Part shown: piece after piece, positions 1-8,153 of the stretch
How the letters are laid out: each line of letters begins with the position of its first letter
Position numbering within the stretch: position 1 is the stretch's first letter
Origin: Ktedonobacterales bacterium
GTDB lineage: Bacteria > Chloroflexota > Ktedonobacteria > Ktedonobacterales > JADMIN01
Direction: 5' to 3'
DNA length: 32,000 nt
Assembly (NCBI GenBank): GCA_030167145.1
Contig: CP126532.1
Coordinates: 2,460,001-2,492,000 of the forward strand
Notes under the pieces: model-generated
Database searches by the model: none
What the model was told of the DNA's origin: nothing
Seen by the model: only the letters and a program-made list of their open reading frames with translations
Made by a program: the position numbers and the translations under genes

Positions 1-2
1 CC

Positions 3-176
3 ACCTTCACCGTCGAGCCTGTCTCCGGCGGCCAGGCCAGCCGCGTGCGCATCGCCACGGATTGGCAGGGCGGTCGGGGCATCGGCGGCTTCTTCGAGCG
101 CACCTTCGCCCCCGGCACGATGCGGCGCATCTACGAAGAAGAGCTAGACCGGCTGGTGGAAGAGACTCGCGACTGA
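3..176 (+). CDS. 3' end of an SRPBCC (START/polyketide-cyclase-like) family protein; the 5' end lies outside the window
   Basis: Frame is open from the window edge to TGA at 174-176. Translation TFTVEPVSGGQASRVRIATDWQGGRGIGGFFERTFAPGTMRRIYEEELDRLVEETRD resembles the C-terminal part of SRPBCC proteins. Third-position GC bias fits the host. Confidence 0.5.
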   Translation, partial: TFTVEPVSGGQASRVRIATDWQGGRGIGGFFERTFAPGTMRRIYEEELDRLVEETRD

Positions 177-179
177 CCC

Positions 180-400
180 ACCCCTACGGGCTGGCGCAAA
201 CATCCCACACGGGACATAATCACCGTGACTACTCTCCCGCATACATGCGGGAGCTTCTAGGAGCAAGCCCCAAGGTGTGTAGCCCCACACCTAAAATGTT
301 CAGACTGGCGTTGAAATCACGGTCGAGAACCACCCTGCAGCAGGGGCAGGTATAGATGCGGTCTGCAAGGGAGAGCGGTTGCCGATGTCCACACTGCGAG
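180..400 (-). ncRNA. Predicted omega-RNA (TnpB guide RNA scaffold) overlapping the tnpB 3' end; extent is a guess
   Basis: By analogy with characterised TnpB systems, the omega RNA is encoded by the tnpB 3' end plus the right end of the element. Local hairpins are seen on the minus strand: CTCCCGCAT/ATGCGGGAG at 234-253 and GGTGTG/CACACC at about 273-290. Only about 52 nt separate the tnpB stop from the neighbouring gene, so the scaffold must overlap coding sequence. No expression data. Confidence 0.3.
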
Positions 401-1374
401 CAATCTTGACTGGTATACGCGGGGTTCACTGCCACATACTTTCGACCGGCCCATGCTGCCTTGTACGAGAGGGTGGCGGCGAACTGACTCCACGCCGCGT
501 CATGAATGCTCTTGGCGAGACAATGGTTGTGCATCATCCGGTTGACCGACAAATCTTCGACGGCGATGAGGTCGAAGCCATCAACGATACGGCGGCTGTG
601 CTGGTGGGCGAAGTCGCTCCGTCGCCATCGAATCCGCTCATGCACCCGCGCTACCACCTTGCGCCGCGTGGCGCGCTCCGATGTGCCCTTTTCTTCCTTG
701 CTGAGACGCCGCTGTACCTTCGCCAGAACCGTTTCTTCGGCACGGAAGAAACGCGGGTTAGCGATTTCCAGCCCAGTCGAGAGCGTGGCAAAGGTCTTCA
801 AGCCCACATCAATCCCCACCTGCTGCCCGATCTCTGGCAGTGGGGGTGGCTCAGCACATTCACACGAGAAGCAGACATACCATTTGCCGGTACTGCTGCG
901 GCTGATCGTCGCCGTCTTGGCTGTGCCTTCCCATTGGCGATGGAGTACGATCTTTACCAAGCCGACGCCATGCAACCGCAGACGCCGCGCATCCGCATCC
1001 AGCGTGCAGCCTACTGGCACCTGGGGATAGGTGAGGCTGGCGTAGCGCCCCTGGCCGCGAAAGCGCGGATAACCAGGTTCTCGCTCACCGGCCTTCATAC
1101 GGCGGAAGAACGCCTGAAACGCCAAGTCAATGCGGACCGCGACATTCTGCAACACCTGCGATTGGACACTAGCCAGTGTGGGTCGCTCAGCTTTGAGCAC
1201 AGGCAATGTCGCCTGCTGGTCGTAGAGGCGCAGCGATTCTTGCCGCTGCTCCCAGGCGTCGCGCCGGGCAGCCAGCAGTTCATTGTAGAGCCAGCGGCAC
1301 TCCTCAAGCTGCTGTGCGAGGAGGCGCTGCTGCTGCTTGGTCGGGTACAAGCGGTACTTAAACGTCTTACGCAT
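229..1374 (-). CDS. tnpB: TnpB (IS605 OrfB) RNA-guided DNA endonuclease, apparently intact
   Basis: 381-aa ORF. N-terminus MRKTFKYRLYPTKQQQRLL is typical of OrfB/TnpB. RuvC-like triad candidates are D in GIDVGLKTF, E in IAVEDLSV and D in DRDFNASLNI. CxxC-N-CxxC zinc ribbon is CSQCGH...CPCC. No internal stops or frameshifts. Confidence 0.93.
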   Translation of the reverse strand: MRKTFKYRLYPTKQQQRLLAQQLEECRWLYNELLAARRDAWEQRQESLRLYDQQATLPVLKAERPTLASVQSQVLQNVAVRIDLAFQAFFRRMKAGEREPGYPRFRGQGRYASLTYPQVPVGCTLDADARRLRLHGVGLVKIVLHRQWEGTAKTATISRSSTGKWYVCFSCECAEPPPLPEIGQQVGIDVGLKTFATLSTGLEIANPRFFRAEETVLAKVQRRLSKEEKGTSERATRRKVVARVHERIRWRRSDFAHQHSRRIVDGFDLIAVEDLSVNRMMHNHCLAKSIHDAAWSQFAATLSYKAAWAGRKYVAVNPAYTSQDCSQCGHRQPLSLADRIYTCPCCRVVLDRDFNASLNILGVGLHTLGLAPRSSRMYAGE

Positions 1375-1489
1375 ACTCGTATGGTATTCTTAAAGCATAC
1401 GTGTTGTCAAGAGGGAGAAGGCCATTCATCCCCCGCTCAAAAGACGGGGGCTTTCTCGCCTGTTTTTGTAACTGTCATCCCATCCGTAG

Positions 1490-1508
1490 GGGCGTCCGGT
1501 GGACGCCC
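1490..1508. repeat. REP-like GC hairpin GGGCGTCC-GGT-GGACGCCC preceded by CCGTAGGGG
   Basis: Perfect 8-bp stem with a 3-nt loop, read directly. It lies about 115 nt upstream of the tnpB start. Related motifs occur at 181-189 (inverted) and 9018-9042. Confidence 0.6.
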
Positions 1509-1667
1509 TCACTTTCTACACCGCCGGACGCCTTCTCGCTCCGCCCGCACTGCCGGCGGGGCGAATACTGCTGTTTGCCCGCGCTCCGCTGCGCTGACAG
1601 ATAACTTGTCTGTCCTATCGCTGATGCCCGCCATATAAATTGATACGAATTGAAAGGAACGACCACC

Positions 1668-2609
1668 ATGCCCCGCTACCAACCCGCAGACTCCTTCCAA
1701 TCGCCACGCTTCACCGGCGTCCGCACCTTCGCGCGTCTGCCCCACACCACCGCCCTCGAAGACGTAGACGCCACGATTCTCGGCATCCCCTTCGATACCG
1801 GCGCCACCTTCCGCCCCGGCGCGCGTTTCGGCCCGATGGCGATCCGCGAGATGTCGGTGCTGCTGCGCCCTTACAACCCTGGCGCGGGTGTAGATGTCTT
1901 CAACACCCTCTCGGTGACGGACGGCGGCGACGTGCCCACGGTCCCCGGCTACATCGAAGACACCTACGAGCGCATCGAAGCCGCGCTGCGGCCCATCCAC
2001 CAGGCGGGCGTCGTGCCCATCTGCCTCGGCGGCGACCACTCCATCACCCTGGCCGAGCTACGCGCCGCCGCCGCCGTGCATGGCCCGCTCGGCCTGGCCC
2101 ACTTCGACGCCCACAGCGACACCTGGGACACCTACTTTGGCCGCAAATATAACCACGGCACCACCTTCAAGCGCGCGGCTGAAGAGGGATTGCTCGATCC
2201 CACGCGCTGCATCCAGGTCGGCATGCGCGGCCCCATCTATGAGCCAGCCGACTACGATACGGCCCGTTCGCTGGGCTTCGAGCTAATTGACAACAACGAA
2301 CTGCGTCATCGTGGCATCGGCAATGTCATCGAAGCCGTCTGCCAGCGGGTAGGTGACGGCAAGACGTTCCTCACCTTCGACGTAGACTTCGTGGACCCCG
2401 CCTACGCCCCCGGCACCGGCACGCCAGAGGTCGGCGGCGTCACCAGTTGGGAAGCCCTGCAATTGCTGCGCGGTCTGCGTGGCCCGCGCTTCGTCGCCTG
2501 CGACATCGTCGAAGTGCTGCCCGCCTACGACCCCACGCAAATCACCGCGCTGCTCGCCGCCAACGTCGCCTACGAATTTCTCACCCTGCTCGCCGCCGCC
2601 CGCCGCTGA
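1668..2609 (+). CDS. speB: Agmatinase / guanidino-acid hydrolase (arginase-ureohydrolase family)
   Basis: The track ORF starts at TTG 1650. ATG 1668 is preferred because SD GAAAGGA (1652-1658) precedes it. Family motifs: RFTGVRTFARLPH, LGIPFDTGATFRPGARFGP, Mn-binding HFDAHSDT, GGDHSIT, DVDFVDPAYAPGTGTPE. Substrate specificity (agmatine versus guanidinobutyrate) is not resolvable by eye. Confidence 0.88.
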   Translation: MPRYQPADSFQSPRFTGVRTFARLPHTTALEDVDATILGIPFDTGATFRPGARFGPMAIREMSVLLRPYNPGAGVDVFNTLSVTDGGDVPTVPGYIEDTYERIEAALRPIHQAGVVPICLGGDHSITLAELRAAAAVHGPLGLAHFDAHSDTWDTYFGRKYNHGTTFKRAAEEGLLDPTRCIQVGMRGPIYEPADYDTARSLGFELIDNNELRHRGIGNVIEAVCQRVGDGKTFLTFDVDFVDPAYAPGTGTPEVGGVTSWEALQLLRGLRGPRFVACDIVEVLPAYDPTQITALLAANVAYEFLTLLAAARR

Positions 2610-2720
2610 GCGCGTCGAACGCACGGCTGTTGCGTGCGTGCCCACCAATCCGCGCCAGCCCTGACCCATAGCCCGTGTGGCGCACTGCGGGTTCAGAGCT
2701 GGCGCACGTGCCCAGCTCCC

Positions 2721-3647
2721 CTACTCGGCGTCCGTGCTCGCACCCTCACTGAAGAGTTGCGGCTGTTGCCCCCTGGCCGTCAGGCTCGTCGCGTTCTCGC
2801 TGCTCACCACCGGACGCCCCGTGCGCGCCTCGATGTCGCGCCGCACATTGCCGCCCACCTCGCCAGCCTCGCGCGCATCAGCCTCTAACGCTGGCAATCC
2901 TTGGGAATCGCGAGCCTGATGCAACTCCGTCGCTGTCGCCTCGCCGACCTGCGTCAGCAGCAATTCCAGCGTCGTCATGTTGTCGCGCAGGTTCGCGCGT
3001 GCCCCGATGTGCTTCACTTTCTTATGGCTGGCGACGCTGTGGTCAAACGTTCCGCGATGAATCGTATTGGTGAGCGCGCCGAAATCGTCGTCGCTGGCGC
3101 CGCGTACACGCCATTCGCCCGTCAGTTCATCACGAATGATGATCCCCTGCAAACGCTTGTCTATCCACTCGTCGTCATACCCCAGCCGCTGGTACTCCCG
3201 GCGCATACGGTCGGCGGCGAGTTCCGGGTTCTCCATCTCCTCCAATCGCTCGTAGCCCACCCGCGCCAGCCATTGTTTGAACGGCTCGGCTTTGGGCGAC
3301 GGGATGCTCTGGATGATGCGCAGCAGCGTCTCCGTATCCGCCGCATCGGTCAGCCGCTGTTTGCCGTCGGCTGACTCCATTTTCAACTGTCCGATTTTTG
3401 CGGACACTTCACTTCCCTCAGCGGCAAGATTCGCCTTCAGATCTGACCAATACTTGCGTGGCCGCTGTGAGCCTGTCAGCAGCCCGATCACATCAATCAC
3501 ACTGAAGAACCAGCGCCTCTCATGCCACACCCGGCGCACCTGCTGCTCCGCCTGCTCGTCGAGCAGATCCAGCCCCATCGCATCATCTTGCTCTTGTTGG
3601 CCTCGTTGGCCCTGTTGGTCGCGCTGATCGCTGTCGTCGTTACGCAT
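2721..3647 (-). CDS. Bro-N domain protein (phage-antirepressor / DinD-like family)
   Basis: Start moved to ATG 3647, which has SD GGGAGGAA 6 nt upstream; the track ORF starts at 3731. Bro-N-like segment RRVWHERRWFFSVIDVIGLLTGS. Conserved central block IQSIPSPKAEPFKQWLARVGYERLEEMENPELA and NLRDNMTTLELLL, as in widespread Bro-N proteins of about 280 aa. Confidence 0.8.
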   Translation of the reverse strand: MRNDDSDQRDQQGQRGQQEQDDAMGLDLLDEQAEQQVRRVWHERRWFFSVIDVIGLLTGSQRPRKYWSDLKANLAAEGSEVSAKIGQLKMESADGKQRLTDAADTETLLRIIQSIPSPKAEPFKQWLARVGYERLEEMENPELAADRMRREYQRLGYDDEWIDKRLQGIIIRDELTGEWRVRGASDDDFGALTNTIHRGTFDHSVASHKKVKHIGARANLRDNMTTLELLLTQVGEATATELHQARDSQGLPALEADAREAGEVGGNVRRDIEARTGRPVVSSENATSLTARGQQPQLFSEGASTDAE

Positions 3648-3964
3648 GCGAAGTTCCTCCCAAGCCCACCAACCACGCGCAGCCAAATACAACGGCCACG
3701 CGCACCCATCCCAAGTGAGAGACAGGTACACATGGCCGGAAATTTCCGAATCCCCTGTGCAAACGCTGGCGAATCATGATAGCATGACGCCAGGTGTGTC
3801 CTGCGTGTCTCAGGATGCGCTCAGCGCCCCGGCAGTGCGACCAACACTGTTTCGGGGCGCGCCCATACGTGCGGGCTTGTTATGAGCGGAGTATACCATA
3901 ACGCGATGCGATTGTCACTCACAGCAAACCGTTCAGGGGACGTGAGGCGGCGACAGCCGTGCCT

Positions 3965-4594
3965 CTAGCCCTGCAACAGCGCCTCGATGTCGGCAATCGC
4001 CTGGGACGTGCTGGTGAAGAGAACGGCCTGGAAGCCGCAGGCGCGGGCGGCGTCAATATTTGGCTGCAAGTCGTCGAGGAAGACGATCTCCGCGGGTGGG
4101 ATGCCGAGGCGCTCGGAAGCAATCGCGTAGATGCGCGCATCTGGCTTGCGGACCCCTTCCTCATGCGTATAGATGGCCACGTCCACCATCGAAGTGAAGC
4201 CGTAGCGTTCTTCCTCCTGCTCACGCGCCCCCAGGAAGCTATTCGTGAGGATCGCGGTGCGGTAGCGCGGGCGCAGATCGCGGAAATACGCGATCAATTC
4301 TTCGTTCGGGCTGCCCATGTAGATGTCCCAAAACGCGGCCATGTACATGTCGAAATCAGCCTGGCTCATGCCCGTGCAGGCCTGAAACCGCGCGCACCAC
4401 TCGTCGTAGGTGCAGCGCCCATTCGCACCGTCCGCCGCGATTGCCTCATAGCACCGCGTCAGATGGCCGGGCGGCAGACCCAGGCGCGTGTTCCACTCCT
4501 CATCGAGGGCAGGAAAGCGCGTCGCGGGGTCGCCGCCCTCGGGGATCACTTCGAGGATGCCGCCGATATCAAACATCACCGCGCGAATAGGCAT
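3965..4594 (-). CDS. HAD-superfamily hydrolase (subfamily IA-like phosphatase)
   Basis: Real start is ATG 4594 with SD GGGAGGAGCGAGG upstream; the 355-aa track ORF is an upstream extension. Motif I AVMFDIGGIL, motif II AILTNS, motif III/IV KPDARIY ... VFLDDLQPNIDAA. Confidence 0.85.
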   Translation of the reverse strand: MPIRAVMFDIGGILEVIPEGGDPATRFPALDEEWNTRLGLPPGHLTRCYEAIAADGANGRCTYDEWCARFQACTGMSQADFDMYMAAFWDIYMGSPNEELIAYFRDLRPRYRTAILTNSFLGAREQEEERYGFTSMVDVAIYTHEEGVRKPDARIYAIASERLGIPPAEIVFLDDLQPNIDAARACGFQAVLFTSTSQAIADIEALLQG

Positions 4595-4802
4595 GAAACC
4601 TCGCTCCTCCCTAACTACATCAATGGAACGCTCCCCAGCCCTGCGGGGAACCAACCTTGCTCCCCGATTATATGCGATGGAGCGACGTTTGTACAGACGT
4701 AACATGGGAGCGTACTTCACTGCGAAGGTGCGTCGCACGCCTACGTATTTTGGCCGGGCGGCACGCAGAGCATCCTGAAGAACGGTCCATGAGGAGTGTG
4801 AC

Positions 4803-5264
4803 ATGCGAAGTATGATGAGTCCACGCTGGCGTCTTTTTCCCTTCATGATCGCCGCCGTGCTGACGCTGGCCCTGGTATTGGCTGGATGTGGCGGCACGAC
4901 TTCCACCACCGGCAACGCGCCCGCGCCAACGGACACCGCCACCACCGCGCCCACCGCCACCACCGCGCCACCCACGGCAACCACCGCGCCCAACGGCCCC
5001 ACGGCCAGCATCTCGATCAGCGGCGTCGGCACCTACAAGTTCTCGCCCGCCACGCAATCGGTGAAAGTGGGCACCACCGTCACCTGGACCAATACCACCC
5101 AGGCGCCGCATACCGTCACCAGCGACACCGGCGACCCGGCATCCTTTGATGGCTCCGTGGATAGCGGCGGCACGTTCAGCTTCACCTTCACCCAGCCCGG
5201 AACCTACAAGTATCATTGCAATATCCACCCGTATATGACGGCGACCATCACCGTCACCCAATAG
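4803..5264 (+). CDS. Cupredoxin (plastocyanin/amicyanin-like blue copper protein) lipoprotein
   Basis: SD GAGGAG lies 7 nt upstream of ATG 4803. Signal peptide carries the lipobox LAGC, followed by a Thr/Ala/Pro-rich linker. Type-1 Cu ligands are H in QAPHTV and C-x2-H-x2-M in YHCNIHPYM. Confidence 0.88.
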   Translation: MRSMMSPRWRLFPFMIAAVLTLALVLAGCGGTTSTTGNAPAPTDTATTAPTATTAPPTATTAPNGPTASISISGVGTYKFSPATQSVKVGTTVTWTNTTQAPHTVTSDTGDPASFDGSVDSGGTFSFTFTQPGTYKYHCNIHPYMTATITVTQ

Positions 5265-5297
5265 CGCCCACCCGCTGACCCGCCGAACCAGCGCATA

Positions 5298-5355
5298 GGC
5301 CTTCCCCATCCAGCGTACTCGCACACCGCGCTGGGTTGGCGAAGGCCTTCTCTTT
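5298..5355 (+). terminator. Likely rho-independent terminator after the cupredoxin gene
   Basis: Long imperfect hairpin GGCCTTCCCCATCCAGCG ... CGCTGGGTTGGCGAAGGCC followed by TTCTCTTT. Confidence 0.5.
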
Positions 5356-5574
5356 GGCGCATACCCACACACGAATACCCCGCGCGACACACCCCCAGCG
5401 ATGTACCAACCCATGTCATGAGAACATACGGCTGCTATATCTCGTCTATAGAGAGTAGGCTCTACACATAGCAATACTCGTGGTGCCTACTTCATCTTGC
5501 CCATGTAGTGCCTCTGTGGATGTGAGGAACCCGCCGCGCGCTCATACGCCGGCCGTTGGTGGTGGAGGACCTCT

Positions 5575-6858
5575 ATGCGCGCTCGCTCATTCGCACCTCG
5601 CTCATTCGCACTCCGTCTCCGTGCGTTCATCGCGCCGCTCGCGCTCGCCTGCCTCTGTGCGGCGTTCGCCGTTCCCGCCGCGCAGGCGCGGCCATTGCGC
5701 CCCGCCATCCTCTGCGGTCCCGGCGTCACCGGCATGCACTGCTCGCCCTGGCGCTATGTCGCCGCTCCCACCGTTCAGGTTGACCCGGAAGTTCACGCTC
5801 TGGCCGCCGTCAGCGCCAATGACATTTGGGCGGTTGGCGCGTTCTACAACAGCCAGAGTCCCGCTCTCAACACCTTGACCGAACACTGGAACGGTTCGAC
5901 GTGGAGCGTCGTGCCCAGCCCCAATCCGCTGGGGTTCGGCAGCACGCTAACCGCCGTCACCGCCATCGCCACCAATGATGTCTGGGCTGTTGGCTATGCC
6001 TGGGTCTCCAACGGCTACGACCAGACCATCACCCTCCATTGGAATGGTTCAGCCTGGAGCACGGTGGCCAGCCTCAGCCCTGGCCCACTCGATAACCTGC
6101 TCACCGGCGTCGCCGCCATCGCCGCGAACGACATGTGGGCCGTCGGCACGTACCTCATCAACAACGGCTCTCGCGTGCTGGCGGGCCAGACCCTCACCGA
6201 ACACTGGAATGGTTCCGCATGGAGCGTCGTCGCCAGCCCCAACCCCGATACCACCAACGATGAATTACACGCCGTGACTGCCATCGCCACCAATGATGTC
6301 TGGGCCGTCGGCGAGATCGCGGGAACAGAAGGTACATCCTCTGAGCTGACCGAACACTGGAATGGCTCAGCCTGGAGCGCCGTATCCAATCCCGCCTCAC
6401 AGGGTGGCGTCCTGCAAGGCGTCGCCGCGCTCTCATCCACCAACGTCTGGGCCGTCGGCTCGACACCATATTTCCCGCTCGCCGAACACTGGAACGGCAC
6501 GACCTGGACTTCCGTGCCCTGCCCGGGCGGCATGTACGCGCAACTTAAGGCCATCACCGCCGTCCCTGGAACCAACCAGTTCTGGGCCGCTGGCAGCGGA
6601 TTTCGGGTCATCTCCGGTTCCGCCCAGTATCCCGACCTCACCGAACACTGGAACGGCTCAACCTGGCAAGCCATCCCCGGCGCCAACGCCATCTATACCT
6701 CTGGCTACTACGCGCTGACGGCCGTCGTGGCGGCATCAAGCCAGAATATCTGGGCAGCGGGCACGATCAGCCCCTACTCCGCGATCTTCTACGAACGCTA
6801 CGCGCCAGCCTCCAACAGCTGGCTCCCCACTTCGGGCAGACCGCTACGGGTCGTCTGA
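5575..6858 (+). CDS. Secreted beta-propeller-like repeat protein (about 7 blades with recurring vWAVG ... EHWNGSxWS motif)
   Basis: SD GGAGGA precedes ATG 5575. Signal peptide ends AAQA-RP. Six copies of (L/I)T(E/L)HWNG(S/T)xW(S/T/Q), each preceded by N(D)vWAVG, plus a seventh partial WAAG blade. The DNA motif ACCGAACACTGGAAYGG recurs. Confidence 0.85.
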   Translation: MRARSFAPRSFALRLRAFIAPLALACLCAAFAVPAAQARPLRPAILCGPGVTGMHCSPWRYVAAPTVQVDPEVHALAAVSANDIWAVGAFYNSQSPALNTLTEHWNGSTWSVVPSPNPLGFGSTLTAVTAIATNDVWAVGYAWVSNGYDQTITLHWNGSAWSTVASLSPGPLDNLLTGVAAIAANDMWAVGTYLINNGSRVLAGQTLTEHWNGSAWSVVASPNPDTTNDELHAVTAIATNDVWAVGEIAGTEGTSSELTEHWNGSAWSAVSNPASQGGVLQGVAALSSTNVWAVGSTPYFPLAEHWNGTTWTSVPCPGGMYAQLKAITAVPGTNQFWAAGSGFRVISGSAQYPDLTEHWNGSTWQAIPGANAIYTSGYYALTAVVAASSQNIWAAGTISPYSAIFYERYAPASNSWLPTSGRPLRVV

Positions 6859-6881
6859 CGCCATACGCCCAGCGCAATATG

Positions 6882-8111
6882 CTACACCAACAGCCGCAGC
6901 AGATAGCCAGGGCGCAGCACCGCCGACGCGGGCAGAAAATCGCCGGTGACGGCGACCACCGTATCCGCCATCCCGGGATTGCGGTTCATCACGGCGGCGA
7001 TGTGGCTCATCAGCGGCGGCGCCTGCACCGCGCTCTGGATGATCGCCTCGATAGTCCGCTTGCCACGAAACTCCGTGCGCTGAAGCTGGTCGTAGCGGCT
7101 GAGCGTCGCCGCGTTCAGCGCGTCGCCCGCCAGCGCGGGGATCGCCACCTCGGCGGCGAGTTGGGCGCTGCGCAACGCATGGTAGATGCCCTCACCCGTG
7201 AACGGATCGTAGTAGCCCGCCGCGTCGCCCACCAGCAGCAGCCCATCGCCTGAGCAGCGGCGTGTCCGCACGCTGATGCGGCTGATCGTCAGCGTGCGGC
7301 GTGTCACCTCTACCTGCGCAAGCCGCCCCCGCAGCCTGGGAAACGTCGCCAGCGCATCCAGCAAGAACGCCTGCGGACGCCCCGCCAACGTGCGCCCGTC
7401 GCGCGCCTCATCCACCACCATCGCCACGTTGCAGAGGTCGCCGCGCTCGTGCGGCTCCAGCGGCGCGAGGCCCACATAGCGCCGTCCCGCCACGTGCATC
7501 TCGCCATAGTCGCCCAACCCCGCGATGCCGCGCATATGCGCCACGAGCGCGATCTTCCGCATCCGACCGGGGATCTGCAGAGCCAGCCGCCGCGCCACCG
7601 TCGAGTGAACCCCATCGGCGGCAATCAGCAGCCGCGCACGTATCGCGCCGCCGTCGGGCGCTGGCGTCAGCGTCCACACACCCGCCTCGCGCTGAAGCGC
7701 CGCCAGCCGCCAGCCTTCGCGCAACTCAGCCCCCGCGCGCACGGCGGCCCGCACCAGTGCGGCATCCAGCAACAGGCGCGGAATCGCCAGGCCAGTCTCA
7801 TAATAGCTCTTGCCGCTGGCGTCGCGTGTCGCCGCGAAGTCCCCCTGGAAGACGCTCCCATTCGGCGCATGGATGCGAAACCCGCGCAGCCGCGCCGGAT
7901 CGCTCGCCGCAAGCTCATCCAGCACGCCCAACTCCGCCAGCAGCGGCTCTGCGGCGGGGCTGAGGTATTCCGCGCACGGCTTATCGCGCGGGAATGCCGC
8001 TTTATCCGCGAGAACGACGCGGTAGCCCGCCCGCGCCAGCGCGTTCGCTGCAGCCGATCCCGCCGGACCAGCCCCGATGACGGCGGCATCGTAGAGCGTA
8101 TCCTCAGCCAT
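6882..8111 (-). CDS. FAD-dependent oxidoreductase, geranylgeranyl-reductase family
   Basis: Start is ATG 8111 with SD GAGGAGAGAG upstream. Rossmann dinucleotide motif YDAAVIGAGPAGSAAANALARAG. LLLVGDAAGYYDPFTGEGI is typical of GG-reductase/FixC-like flavoproteins. Confidence 0.88.
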   Translation of the reverse strand: MAEDTLYDAAVIGAGPAGSAAANALARAGYRVVLADKAAFPRDKPCAEYLSPAAEPLLAELGVLDELAASDPARLRGFRIHAPNGSVFQGDFAATRDASGKSYYETGLAIPRLLLDAALVRAAVRAGAELREGWRLAALQREAGVWTLTPAPDGGAIRARLLIAADGVHSTVARRLALQIPGRMRKIALVAHMRGIAGLGDYGEMHVAGRRYVGLAPLEPHERGDLCNVAMVVDEARDGRTLAGRPQAFLLDALATFPRLRGRLAQVEVTRRTLTISRISVRTRRCSGDGLLLVGDAAGYYDPFTGEGIYHALRSAQLAAEVAIPALAGDALNAATLSRYDQLQRTEFRGKRTIEAIIQSAVQAPPLMSHIAAVMNRNPGMADTVVAVTGDFLPASAVLRPGYLLRLLV

Positions 8112-8153
8112 GCGCGTACTCTCTCCTCTGACGGCGTGACACATTTGCCGTGA

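Larger units (their letters stand above)
177..1650 (-). mobile_element. IS200/IS605-family element of the tnpB-only (IS1341-like) type; boundaries approximate
   Basis: Contains a tnpB ORF with no tnpA and fills the whole gap between the SRPBCC stop (176) and the agmatinase RBS (1652). Subterminal GC hairpins lie at 1427-1449 and 1490-1508 on the tnpB 5' side and at 234-253 at the tnpB stop. The 9-nt motif CCGTAGGGG occurs in inverted orientation at 181-189 and 1484-1492. Exact ends cannot be set from a single copy. Confidence 0.5.

Noticed and set aside
1375-1410. TTGACA (minus strand, 1405-1410) as the -35 box of a tnpB promoter
   Set aside because: No acceptable -10 hexamer lies at 16-18 nt spacing; the best candidate, AAGAAT, is at 13 nt. 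It is therefore not reported as a feature.
379-1638. 419-aa plus-strand ORF (and nested 506-1030) covering the tnpB locus
   Set aside because: It is antisense to a clearly recognisable TnpB. Its composition is Arg/Leu/Pro-rich with no motifs, which is typical of a high-GC shadow ORF.
1510-1667. Possible guanidine-type riboswitch upstream of the agmatinase-family gene
   Set aside because: I found no ACGR-loop hairpin pair or ykkC-like conserved elements. The region is better explained as the end of the tnpB element.
4668-5474. 268-aa minus-strand ORF overlapping the cupredoxin gene
   Set aside because: It is Gly/Arg-rich with no motifs. The plus strand encodes a cupredoxin with a lipobox and Cu ligands.
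5878-6670. Conserved N-G-S/T in every propeller blade as N-glycosylation sequons
   Set aside because: The motif lacks the acidic residue at position -2 required by bacterial PglB-type sequons (here E is at -3). Its strict periodic conservation is better explained as a structural blade motif.
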